A stretch of DNA of 64,000 nt from an uncultured Spirochaetota bacterium. Its GTDB lineage: Bacteria; Spirochaetota; Spirochaetia; SZUA-6; CAVTHK01. Below the pieces are notes generated by a model. That model worked only from the letters and a program-made list of their open reading frames with translations, had not been told where the DNA came from and did not search any database. Below, piece by piece: positions 19,020 through 27,860 of this stretch (position 1 is its first letter; each line of letters begins with the position of its first letter). The position numbers were made by a program, and so were the translations under genes. Location: positions 32,001 to 96,000 of the forward strand of contig CAVTHK010000011.1 of the NCBI GenBank assembly GCA_963734495.1, written 5' to 3'.

Positions 19020-19078
19020 CCGGGGACAAGAGCCATCGCTGGCCGCGCGCGCTTCGCGAGGGGCGCGCGCGGTTGGCG

Positions 19079-19852
19079 CTATTTGATCCGCCCGAGAAAG
19101 CGCAGCAGCCCGTCGAGGATCGTGAGCGGGTGCGGCGGGCAGCCGGGGATGTAGAGATCCACCGGGACGACCGAATCCGCGCCATCGTGCGCCTCGGGGT
19201 GGCCGCGGTAGGGGCCGCCTGCCACCGCGCAGGCGCCTACCGCGATCACGACGCGTGGGCCGGGGAGCGCGCGCCAGGTCTTTTCCAGGGCCAGACGCAT
19301 GTTCTCCGTGACCGGACCGGTGATCAGCAGGCCGTCCGCGTGACGCGGAGAGGCCACGAACTGGATGCCGAAGCGGCCCAGGTCCCACCCGATCGTGTTC
19401 AGCACGTTGACGTCCGATTCGCAGCCGTTGCAGCCCCCGGCCGACACCTGCCGCAGCTTGAAGGAGCGGCCGAAGAGGCGCGCCGCCTCGGCGTGCAGGG
19501 CCGCCGGCGGCCTCGGAGCGGGACGGTCGGGCTGCGCTGGCCGCACCACCAGGTCTCCGCGGCGCGCGGCTGCCAGCTGGTGGTCCCGGCCAAAGGAAAT
19601 GGCGCCGAGCGGGCAGGCGCTCTCGCAGGCGCGGCAGAAGATGCACGCACCCGTATCGAGCTCGAGCGCGGAAGCCGCCTGGATCGCGTCGGTGGGGCAG
19701 CTCTCGATGCAGGCGCGGCAGCCGTCGGGGCAGGAGACCGCCTGCATCTCGGGCCGGCCGGCGAAGCGGGCGGGCAGCTCCGGCGCCTTGCCGCGCGGAT
19801 AGGACATCGTCCGGTATCCCTGGCGCATCCGCTCCAGGAGCACCCTCAGCAT
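19079..19852 (-). CDS. Ehr/group-4 hydrogenase small subunit (NuoB/HyfI-like) fused to a 2x[4Fe-4S] domain
   Basis: CPDGCRACIESCP, CIFCRACESACP; GGCNGCE, SPRHAD, GACA, PGCPP. Confidence 0.92.
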   Translation of the reverse strand: MLRVLLERMRQGYRTMSYPRGKAPELPARFAGRPEMQAVSCPDGCRACIESCPTDAIQAASALELDTGACIFCRACESACPLGAISFGRDHQLAAARRGDLVVRPAQPDRPAPRPPAALHAEAARLFGRSFKLRQVSAGGCNGCESDVNVLNTIGWDLGRFGIQFVASPRHADGLLITGPVTENMRLALEKTWRALPGPRVVIAVGACAVAGGPYRGHPEAHDGADSVVPVDLYIPGCPPHPLTILDGLLRFLGRIK

Positions 19853-19928
19853 TGTTTCCTCCTACCGCGTGGCGTCCTCGCCACGCGCCAAGCCCCGAAT
19901 CCTCGAGGGGCCCGCTGCCCGGCGGCCG

Positions 19929-21443
19929 TCACAGGTCGTGCCCGCAGTACGACAGGTTGAAGCTCTTGTTGCACAGCGGAAAATCGGCGATCTGCTGCCC
20001 CCGCATCGCCATCGCGAGCCCGGGCCAGTTGTGGACCGAGGGGTCTACGACGTCGTAGCGGGCGAGGGCGCCGCCGCGTCCGGTCGCGAGGACGTGGCAG
20101 ATCTCGCCGCGCCAGCCTTCGACCAGGCTCACGACGAGCCGGTCCGCGGCCCAGCCGCCGCGCTGCTGCGTCGAGCCGCGCCGGCCGCGTGAGGGCGCGG
20201 GGGCTTCCGCGAGCACCGGGCCTTCGGGCAGCGAGCCGAGCAGGCGGTCGGCCAGGTCGAGCGACGCCTTGACCTCGAGCCACCGCACCCACGCGCGGCC
20301 GTACACGTCGCCGGCGGGCCACGTGGCGAACGGCGTGGCCACCTCGGCGTACACGCCCGCGGGGAAGCATCGTCGCACGTCCATCTCCAGGCCGCACGCG
20401 CGGGCCGCCACTCCGACGAGGCCGAGCTCGCGCGCGGTCTCGGCCGAAAGGGCGCCCGTGCCTTCGAACCGGCTCGTCACCGTCGGCGTGGACCACAGCA
20501 GCGAGACCGCGCCGGTGGCGTCGCGCCGCACGGCCGCGAGGCGCTCGCGCATGGAGGCGGCCTGCTCCGCGTCCACGTCCCACGCGAGCCCGCCCGGACG
20601 GACGAGCCCGCGGCCGAAGCGGTTTCCGCACAGGACCGCGGTGAGGTTCAGCACGTCGCCTCGAATGCGGCCGCAGTAGGACGAGGTGGGGAGGAACCCC
20701 ACGTCGCCGGCCATGGCTCCGAGGTCGCCGATGTGATTGGCCGCGCGCTCGAGCTCCAGGGCCACCGCCCGCAGGGCCTGGGCGCGCGGAGGCGCGGGCG
20801 TCGCGGCCAGCGCCTCGGCCGCCTGGCAGTACGCCAGCGCATGGCCCACGGAAGTGTCGCCCGCCAGCGTCTCGACGTAGTGGATTCGCCGCTTCTCCGC
20901 GCCCTGGTTCAGGCCGCGGAGAACGCCGCGGTGCTGGTAGCCGAGCGATATCTCGAGGGACAGCACCTCTTCGCCGCGGCACTGGAACCGGAAGTGGCCG
21001 GGCTCGATGATGCCCGCGTGGACGGGGCCCACGGCGACCTCGTGCACCTCTTCACCCTCGACGCGGTAGGCGGGAAAGTCGCCGGCCGCCACCCCGCGTG
21101 ACGGGGGAAAGCGCAGCGGCTTGAGCCAGGGGTGGCCTTCGGGGACGATGCCGTGCTCCTCGAGCAGCGCGCGCTCGAAGGCCTGGGCCTGCGGGCACAG
21201 CGGGGTAAGCGCGTGGTAGCTCTCGCGCACCAGCGTCGAGGTTACGGAGAGACTGACGCGGTCGCGGGCGAGCACGGCAAGGAGCTGAACGCCGCCGCCG
21301 GCCGCCGGGACCCCGGTGAGGGCGGCGAGACGGGCGCCTTCGCCGACCGCGTCGAGGACGGTGTCGCGGAACGCCTCGACCGGGATGAGCGGGCAATCGG
21401 CGCGGGCGAAGGCCGCCGCGTTGCGGATGATGAGCTCGCTCAT
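19929..21443 (-). CDS. Ehr large subunit (NuoC/D, HyfG-like) lacking the NiFe-binding CxxC motifs
   Basis: VGPVHAGIIEPGHFRF, LGYQHRG, ETLAGDT in place of RxCGxC, EGWRGE, DFPLCNKSFNLSYCGHDL in place of DPCxxC. Confidence 0.92.
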   Translation of the reverse strand: MSELIIRNAAAFARADCPLIPVEAFRDTVLDAVGEGARLAALTGVPAAGGGVQLLAVLARDRVSLSVTSTLVRESYHALTPLCPQAQAFERALLEEHGIVPEGHPWLKPLRFPPSRGVAAGDFPAYRVEGEEVHEVAVGPVHAGIIEPGHFRFQCRGEEVLSLEISLGYQHRGVLRGLNQGAEKRRIHYVETLAGDTSVGHALAYCQAAEALAATPAPPRAQALRAVALELERAANHIGDLGAMAGDVGFLPTSSYCGRIRGDVLNLTAVLCGNRFGRGLVRPGGLAWDVDAEQAASMRERLAAVRRDATGAVSLLWSTPTVTSRFEGTGALSAETARELGLVGVAARACGLEMDVRRCFPAGVYAEVATPFATWPAGDVYGRAWVRWLEVKASLDLADRLLGSLPEGPVLAEAPAPSRGRRGSTQQRGGWAADRLVVSLVEGWRGEICHVLATGRGGALARYDVVDPSVHNWPGLAMAMRGQQIADFPLCNKSFNLSYCGHDL

Positions 21444-23041
21444 GGGCCGACCCCCAGCTGGGCCGCGGCCTGGCCGATCAGCCGCGAGAGCGGGGCGGGC
21501 AGGTACAGGCCGAGCAGAAGCACGACCAGGCCGAGGGCGATCGGCGGAAGCAGGGACCACAGCGGCTCCCGAAGGCGCTCGGGCTCCGCGGCGTGCGGCG
21601 CGGCAGGCGCGACCGCGACACCGACAGCCGCGGTCGCGACCGCGTCGCTCGCGTGCGCCGGGGCCGCGGCTGCCGCCGCCCCACCGTGCGCAGGCGACGC
21701 GACGGACGGGCCGGCGTCCGCCTTCCCATAGACCATCCTCAGGGCGACGGCCGTCATCCCCGCGAACGCCATCGCGAGGGCGAAGAGCATCAGGCCCGCG
21801 ATCCAGAAGCGGCCGGCCTCGAAGGCGCGCCGCACGATCAGGAGCTTGCTCACGAAGGGGCCGGAGGGCGGCATGCCGGTGATCGCGAGGAGGCCCGCGA
21901 TCCACAGGGCGGCGGTCGCGGGCATGCGCGCGCGAAGGCCCGTCGCCTGCGCGACCGCTTTTGAGCGGGCGCCCATCAGGATGTTGCCCGCCGCGAGAAA
22001 GAGCATGCCCTTGGCCATCGTGTGATTGCCCGCGTGCAGCAGCGCGGCAAAGCCGCCCGCGCCGCCGAGACCGGCGCCGAGCGCGAGCAGGCCCATGTTC
22101 TCGACGCTGGAGTAGGCGAGCATCCGCTTGTAGTCTGCCTGCCGCACGAGGAAGGCCGCGGCCGCGACCACCGAGAGGATCCCGAACCCGACGAGCAACG
22201 AGCCGCTGAAGTCGCCGAGCCCCGCGGCCCGGAGGATGGAATGCATCCGGAGGATCGCGAGGAACGCGCAGTTCAGCAGTGCCCCCGAGAGAAGCGCGGA
22301 CACGGGCGAGGGGGCTTCGCTGTGCGCGTCGGGCAGCCACGTGTGCAGGGGAACCAGGCCCATCTTCGTGCCGTAGCCCACGAGGAAGAGCACGAAGGCG
22401 GCCTTGAGCCACACGGGATGGAGCTTCGGGCCGTCGGTGACCAGCTCCGTGACCGTGAGCGGGAGCTGCTGCACGCCGTCGAAAGAGGCGGCGATCGCGA
22501 GGAAGAAGTTGCCCAGCAGGGCGAGCGCGATGCCCACCGAGCAGATGAGCAGGTACTTCCAGGTCGCCTCCAGAGAGCGGTGGTGCCTGTGGAACGTGAT
22601 GAGCGGGGCCGAGGCCAGCGTCGTCGCCTCGACCGCGACCCAGAGCAGGCCGACGTGCTGGCTCGTGGCCACCAGCGTCATCGACGAGAGGAAGAACAGC
22701 AGGCACGCGGTAAAGACCGCCTCGGGCGAGTTGGTAAAGACGAAGTCCTCCTCCGGGTCGGTGTGGTCCGCGCCGCGCTCCTGCGCGAGGTAGCCGACGG
22801 TGTAGACCGCGACCGCGAGGAAGAGCGCGCTGGTGAGCGTCAGGAAGTAGAGCGCCGCGGGACCGATCGCGAGCCAGTCGGTCGTGTCGACCTCCAGCGG
22901 AAAGGTCCAGGCGCGGGCGGTCAGCCCCGCGTGGGCGACGGCGGCGAGCAGCAGCAGGAGCCGGCGCGCGCGGTCCGATCGGATGAGAAAGCAGGCGGCC
23001 CCCGCGACCGCCGGAACCAGGATCAGGGCGAGCGGCGTCAC
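21440..23041 (-). CDS. hyfF: Proton-translocating membrane subunit (HyfF-like)
   Basis: WVAVEATTLAS, EATWKYL, GYGTKMGL.PLHTWLPDAHSEAP, KRMLAYSS. Confidence 0.88.
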   Translation of the reverse strand: MTPLALILVPAVAGAACFLIRSDRARRLLLLLAAVAHAGLTARAWTFPLEVDTTDWLAIGPAALYFLTLTSALFLAVAVYTVGYLAQERGADHTDPEEDFVFTNSPEAVFTACLLFFLSSMTLVATSQHVGLLWVAVEATTLASAPLITFHRHHRSLEATWKYLLICSVGIALALLGNFFLAIAASFDGVQQLPLTVTELVTDGPKLHPVWLKAAFVLFLVGYGTKMGLVPLHTWLPDAHSEAPSPVSALLSGALLNCAFLAILRMHSILRAAGLGDFSGSLLVGFGILSVVAAAAFLVRQADYKRMLAYSSVENMGLLALGAGLGGAGGFAALLHAGNHTMAKGMLFLAAGNILMGARSKAVAQATGLRARMPATAALWIAGLLAITGMPPSGPFVSKLLIVRRAFEAGRFWIAGLMLFALAMAFAGMTAVALRMVYGKADAGPSVASPAHGGAAAAAAPAHASDAVATAAVGVAVAPAAPHAAEPERLREPLWSLLPPIALGLVVLLLGLYLPAPLSRLIGQAAAQLGVGP

Positions 23042-23071
23042 GCGCTACTCCTTGCCACGCGCTACTCCTTG
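23039..23071. repeat. Perfect 16-bp direct repeat (period 17) covering the hyfE stop, RBS and hyfF start
   Basis: CACGCGCTACTCCTTG at 23039-23054 and 23056-23071. Confidence 0.9.
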
Positions 23072-23712
23072 AGCATCGTCAGGCGGTCGGTGTCGATGTG
23101 GTCGAACTCGCGCCGGATGTGCAGGATCGCGATCCCCATGACGAAGACCGCGGCGAAGATGTCGAGCAGCACGCCCAGCTCCACCAGGAGCGGCGCGCGC
23201 ACCGCCGTGGCCAGGCCGAAGGCGTAGATGCCGTTCTCTATGGCGAGGTAGCCGATCACCTGCGTGATCGCCTTGCGACGCGTCACGACCACGAAGAGCC
23301 CGACGAGGATCGTGAACAGGGCCACGGGCACGAAGAAGCGCGAAGCGATCGGGCCGGGCAGCTCCAGACGCGCGCCCAGCGCGACCGAGGCGGCGAGGAG
23401 CGCGATGCCCGCGAGCAGCGAGACGGTAAAGCCGACCATCGGCTCGACTTCGCGCCGCACCTCGGCCGCCCGCATCGCCCGGCCGAGCATGGCGGGGAGC
23501 ACGACGGCCTTGAGCAGCGTGCTCGCGGCCGCGACGACGATGACTTCGGCCGTGAGCTCGCCCCACTGCCGCAGCAGCGGGAACACGCCGAGCAGCAGCG
23601 CCTGCACCGCCACCATCCGCAGGCACTGGGCGATGCGGCTCGTGCCGAGCATCTGGAAATTGGCGAGCACCAGGAGGATCACCAGGAGGTTGGAGAGGCT
23701 GTCCAGGCTCAC
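23062..23712 (-). CDS. hyfE: Membrane subunit (HyfE-like)
   Basis: RRKAITQVIGYLAIENGI, PLLVELGVLLD, FDHIDT. Confidence 0.88.
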   Translation of the reverse strand: MSLDSLSNLLVILLVLANFQMLGTSRIAQCLRMVAVQALLLGVFPLLRQWGELTAEVIVVAAASTLLKAVVLPAMLGRAMRAAEVRREVEPMVGFTVSLLAGIALLAASVALGARLELPGPIASRFFVPVALFTILVGLFVVVTRRKAITQVIGYLAIENGIYAFGLATAVRAPLLVELGVLLDIFAAVFVMGIAILHIRREFDHIDTDRLTMLKE

Positions 23713-23793
23713 GTCGGTTCCCTCAACGTCGGCACCCTCACGTCGGTTCCTTCAGCGTCGGCACCTTCACATCGGTTCCTTCACGTCAGCACC
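23709..23793. repeat. Three imperfect copies of a ~29-bp unit (six 14-15-bp sub-units) at the hyfC/hyfE junction
   Basis: Minus strand GGTGCTGACGTGA AGGAACCGATGTGA AGGTGCCGACGCTGA AGGAACCGACGTGA GGGTGCCGACGTTGA GGGAACCGACGTGA. Confidence 0.9.
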
Positions 23794-24686
23794 AGGATAA
23801 AGGCGATCAGGGAGAAGACCGAGGCCATCACGAGGGCCTGCGGCACCCGCAGCAGCTTCAGGCGCGCCATGGAGCTCTCGACGACGCCCGTCGCGGCCGC
23901 GACCGCCGCGAGCCCGGCGAGCGACGCGACGAGCCGCAGGGGCCAGCTTCCCACCGGAGGCACCAGCGCGTCGACCAGCAGCCCCCCGAGCACCCAGAGC
24001 TTGAGCGCGGACCCGTACTCGATGAGCGCGAGGTCGGGGCCGCCGTGGTCGAGGATCATCACCTCGTGGATCATCGTGAGCTCGAGGTGCGTGTTGGGGT
24101 CGTCGAAGGGGATGCGCGAGTTCTCGGCGAGGAACACCAGGACGAAGGCCACCGCAATCAGCAGCACGGTGGCCGCATGCCCGCCCATGAGAGGGTGCGG
24201 ACCGGGGCCGAGAAAGATGCCGGACAGCGAGAGCGAGCGCGAAGCCGCGGCGAGCCCGGCGAGGCCGAGGAGCAGCGCGGGCTCGGCGAGCGTGGAGAAC
24301 CAGGCCTCGCGGCTCGCGCCCATCCCTTCGAAAGCGCTCCCGGTGTCGAGCGCGGCGAGCACCGTGAAGAAGCGGCCCAGCCCGAGGAGGTAAGCGAGCA
24401 GGATGAGGTCGCCCGCGAACGACACCAGGCCCGGCTCGCCCGCGAAAGGAAGCAGCGCGAGCGCGGCCGCGGCGGTGCCCGCGCCCACCAGCGGGCCCGC
24501 CTTGAGCAGCCACGTCGCGGTGCCGCTGTAGACCGTGCCCTTGCGCAGGAGCTTGGCGAGGTCGCGGTAGAGCTGAAGCAGAGGCTGGCCGCGCCTTCCG
24601 GCGAAGAACGCCTTGACGCGGTTTGTGACGCCCGGAAGCAGGGGCGCGAGCGCGAACGCCAGGATGACCGCCGACAGGGAGCGCAT
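23781..24686 (-). CDS. hyfC: NuoH/HyfC-like membrane subunit
   Basis: GQPLLQLYRDLAKL, DTGSAFEGMGASRE, ENSRIPFDDPNTHLELTMIHE. Confidence 0.9.
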   Translation of the reverse strand: MRSLSAVILAFALAPLLPGVTNRVKAFFAGRRGQPLLQLYRDLAKLLRKGTVYSGTATWLLKAGPLVGAGTAAAALALLPFAGEPGLVSFAGDLILLAYLLGLGRFFTVLAALDTGSAFEGMGASREAWFSTLAEPALLLGLAGLAAASRSLSLSGIFLGPGPHPLMGGHAATVLLIAVAFVLVFLAENSRIPFDDPNTHLELTMIHEVMILDHGGPDLALIEYGSALKLWVLGGLLVDALVPPVGSWPLRLVASLAGLAAVAAATGVVESSMARLKLLRVPQALVMASVFSLIAFILVLT

Positions 24687-24689
24687 CGC

Positions 24690-26663
24690 CTACCTCAGCT
24701 TCCACACCAGGAGCACGAGCACCGTCGCCGCTATGTAGAGGATGTAGACCTGGATCGTCGCCTGCTGGAGCGGGCGCAGGCGTGAGGCGGCCCAGGCCAC
24801 TGCGGCGAACAGGGGCGAAAAGAGCTTGTGAAGGAAGGGATCCTTCGGCTCGGTGTGCAGGCCGCTTGCGCCGGGAAACGGCCCCTCGGGCCGCTTGATC
24901 CGGGGACCGCCGCCGAGAAGAGGGCGGAACGCGTCGGTAATGGCCTGCGCGAACGAGGCGGCGGTGTACTGCATGCGCGGCGTCGGAGCGAGGTAGCCGC
25001 AGTCCCAGGTGGGGCCGCGGCGCACTTCTTTGCCGGCCAGCGCCGCCCGGCGCACGAGGGCGAAGACGGCGATGAGGGCGAGCAGAACCGCGCCCGCGAT
25101 CGAGACGCCGGCGAGCGGCCGCGTCAGGTCTGCCCACGGCGCGGCCGGGGCCGGGGCGACCGGGCCGACGACGCCCAGCAGCAGCTCGAGCGGCGCCCTC
25201 AGGGCCCGGACCACGATCGGCGCGGCCAGGCCTACGCCGGCGCATGCCAGGGCCAGCAGCACCATGGGCAGCAGCATCGTCCACGGCGCCTCGCCTGCCG
25301 CGCGGATCTCCGGCTCGCGCGGCTCCCCGAGGAAGACGATGCCGAACGCCTTGGCGAAGCAGGCGGCCGCGAGGCCGCCTATCAGCGCGAGCGCGGCGAT
25401 CACGGCGAGGCCGGCGGCGGCGATCGCGGGCACGAGCGCGCCGACCGGCACGACGCCGCGGAACGCCGCGAGGGCGATGAGCAGCTCGCTCGCAAACCCG
25501 TTCAGCGGCGGCAGCCCGGCGATCGCGGCCGCGCCCACCAGGAACGTCGCGCCGGTGACCGGCATGACCTTGAGCAGGCCTCCGAGGCGGTCGAGCTCGC
25601 GCGTACCGGTGGCCGCGTCGACGGAGCCGGCGCCGAGGAACAGCAGGCTCTTGAACAGCGCGTGGTTCAGCACGTGCAGCAGCGCGCCGCAGAACCCGAA
25701 CGCGGCCAGCGCCGGCAGCCGGTAGCTCAGGCCGAGCAGCCCGAGCCCGATGCCGAGCGCGATGATCCCCATGTTCTCCACGCTGTGGTAGGCGAGCAGC
25801 CTCTTGAGGTCGTGCTGCGCCAGCGCGTAGACCACGCCGAGGATCCCCGACACCGCACCGATCGCCAGCAGCGCCCAGCCCCACCAGGGCTGCACACCGC
25901 CTAACAGCGTGACGGTGCGCAGGATCCCGTAGAGGCCGGTCTTGATCATCACGCCGCTCATCACCGCGGACACGGGCGACGGCGCGGCGGGGTGCGCCTC
26001 CGGGAGCCACACGTGCGCCGGCACGAAGCCGGCCTTGGTCCCGAAGCCGGCGAGCGCCAGCGCGAAGAGCACGCCGGCGGGCGCGCCGTCCGCGGCCGCG
26101 AGGCCGCCGTGCCCGCGGTCGAGCAGCAGGAAGTACGCGAGCAGGAACGCCGTGCCGATGTGGGTCGCCACGAGGTAGGTCCAGCCGGCGCGGAGCGTGC
26201 CTTCATCCTCGCCGTGGGTCATGACCAGGAAGAACGAGGCGAGCGACATCACTTCCCACGCGATGAGGAAGAGCAGCCCGTTCGCCGCTGCGAGCACGAG
26301 GAGCATGGCCGCGCCCAGCGCGTCGAACCAGAACCAGCTGAAACGGCCGCGGCGCACGTAGGCCGGCGTGTAGAAAGCCGCGAGGGCCGTCACGAGGGAA
26401 ACGGGAATGATAAAGAAGGCTGCCAGGCCGTCGATCGACAGCGCGAGCTCGGCGCCGGGCAGCTCCCACGGCAGGGAGAGCGTCGCGGGCGGGCCCCCCG
26501 CGAGGCCCAGCGCGCCCGCGGCCGCGCCCAGCAGCCCGCCGGCCACGGCCCCGCCCGCGCCCACGGCGGCCGAGAGCGCAGGCCTGCGGCGAAGCAGCGC
26601 CGAGAGCGCGCCGCCGCACGCGAACGCGCCGAGCGCGGCGACGAGAAGCACGATGGCTGTCAT
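24690..26663 (-). CDS. hyfB: Proton-translocating membrane subunit (HyfB-like)
   Basis: FLIAWEVMS, KAGFVPAHVWLPEAHPAAPSPVSA, KRLLAYHSVENMG, TWDCGY, RMQYTA; start 26663 or 26675. Confidence 0.9.
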   Translation of the reverse strand: MTAIVLLVAALGAFACGGALSALLRRRPALSAAVGAGGAVAGGLLGAAAGALGLAGGPPATLSLPWELPGAELALSIDGLAAFFIIPVSLVTALAAFYTPAYVRRGRFSWFWFDALGAAMLLVLAAANGLLFLIAWEVMSLASFFLVMTHGEDEGTLRAGWTYLVATHIGTAFLLAYFLLLDRGHGGLAAADGAPAGVLFALALAGFGTKAGFVPAHVWLPEAHPAAPSPVSAVMSGVMIKTGLYGILRTVTLLGGVQPWWGWALLAIGAVSGILGVVYALAQHDLKRLLAYHSVENMGIIALGIGLGLLGLSYRLPALAAFGFCGALLHVLNHALFKSLLFLGAGSVDAATGTRELDRLGGLLKVMPVTGATFLVGAAAIAGLPPLNGFASELLIALAAFRGVVPVGALVPAIAAAGLAVIAALALIGGLAAACFAKAFGIVFLGEPREPEIRAAGEAPWTMLLPMVLLALACAGVGLAAPIVVRALRAPLELLLGVVGPVAPAPAAPWADLTRPLAGVSIAGAVLLALIAVFALVRRAALAGKEVRRGPTWDCGYLAPTPRMQYTAASFAQAITDAFRPLLGGGPRIKRPEGPFPGASGLHTEPKDPFLHKLFSPLFAAVAWAASRLRPLQQATIQVYILYIAATVLVLLVWKLR

Positions 26664-26778
26664 GCCTGCCGGCAACCTCGAATCGCGGCCCCTTCAGGCC
26701 GGACGACGCGGATTGTTCCACGGCGGGCCGCCGCGTGTAAATGGGGGACCGGCGCGCTCGCGGGCCGTTGGCCCAAAC

Positions 26779-26807
26779 TTGACATCTGCATAGGCGGCCC
26801 ATACTGT
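26779..26807 (+). promoter_or_regulatory. Putative sigma70 promoter of the sugar ABC operon
   Basis: TTGACA-17 bp-TACTGT. Confidence 0.6.
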
Positions 26808-26909
26808 GGCCGGTGACTGAGCATTCGACGTGTCGGCGCCGACCACCGGGGGGCTCATCCGAGGCTCCACGCGTGATTGGTCGGCACCGAGCAGGAGCAT
26901 CGACGTCCG

Positions 26910-27860
26910 ATGGGTGACGGCAGCGGAGTATCGGCCCTGGCCAGGTGGCGCACCCGCGTAGTCAAGCAGGGACTGCGGAACTGGGACCTCTACCTGCTCG
27001 TGCTGCCTCCTCTCCTCTATTTCGTCGTTTTCAAGTACATCCCGATGTACGGAGCCCAGATAGCGTTCCGCAAGTTCATGCCCACGCTGGGAATCTGGCG
27101 CAGCCCGTGGGTCGGGTGGGACCAGTTCGCCGCGTTCTTCGCCTCTTACAAGTTCGCGACGATCATGGGCAACACGCTCGTTCTGAGCGCGTACAAGCTT
27201 CTCGCGGGGTTTCCCGTGCCGATCATCCTCGCGATCGCACTGCATTACTGCGCTCAGACCCGGATCAAGAAGACGGTCCAGATGGTCACCTACGCTCCCC
27301 ATTTCATCTCGGTCGTCGTTCTGGCCGGGATCATCGTGCAGGTGCTCTCGCCGCGCGTGGGGGTGGTGAACAGGATCATCGTGCTCCTGGGCGGCAAGGC
27401 GACGCTGTTCATGGGCGAGCCGGCGTACTTCAAGTCGATCTATGTCTGGTCGGACGTCTGGCAGGAGATGGGGTGGGGCTCGATCATCTTCCTTGCCGCG
27501 CTGGCGGGGATCAACCCGGAGCTTCACGAGGCGGCGATCGCGGACGGGGCCAGCAAGATCCAGCGGATCGTTCACATCGACTTTCCCGGCATCATGCCGA
27601 CCGCGGTGATCCTCCTTATCCTCAACGTCGGACGCATCATGTTCATCGGGTTCGAAAAAGTGCTGCTGCTGCAGAACCCTCTGAACCTGGCGGCCTCGGA
27701 GATCATCGATACCTACGTGTACAAGATCGGGCTCGCCTCCGCGGTGCCCAACTTCTCGTACTCGACCGCCATAGGGCTCTTCTCGTCGGCGATAGGTTTC
27801 GTGCTGCTGCTGGCGGTCAATCGAATCGCCAGGGCATTCGGCGAGACGAGCCTATGGTAG
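26910..27860 (+). CDS. Carbohydrate ABC transporter permease (LplB-like)
   Basis: FKYIPMYG, YAPHFIS, ELHEAAIADGASK (EAA loop), IDTYVY. Confidence 0.92.
   Translation: MGDGSGVSALARWRTRVVKQGLRNWDLYLLVLPPLLYFVVFKYIPMYGAQIAFRKFMPTLGIWRSPWVGWDQFAAFFASYKFATIMGNTLVLSAYKLLAGFPVPIILAIALHYCAQTRIKKTVQMVTYAPHFISVVVLAGIIVQVLSPRVGVVNRIIVLLGGKATLFMGEPAYFKSIYVWSDVWQEMGWGSIIFLAALAGINPELHEAAIADGASKIQRIVHIDFPGIMPTAVILLILNVGRIMFIGFEKVLLLQNPLNLAASEIIDTYVYKIGLASAVPNFSYSTAIGLFSSAIGFVLLLAVNRIARAFGETSLW

Noticed and set aside
19929-21443. Functional [NiFe] hydrogenase / formate hydrogenlyase large subunit
   Set aside because: Both Ni-binding CxxC motifs are missing, and no maturation or formate dehydrogenase genes are adjacent.
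23709-23793. Short repeats as a mini CRISPR array
   Set aside because: Units are directly tandem with no unique spacers, derive from the gene junction, and no cas gene is in the window.
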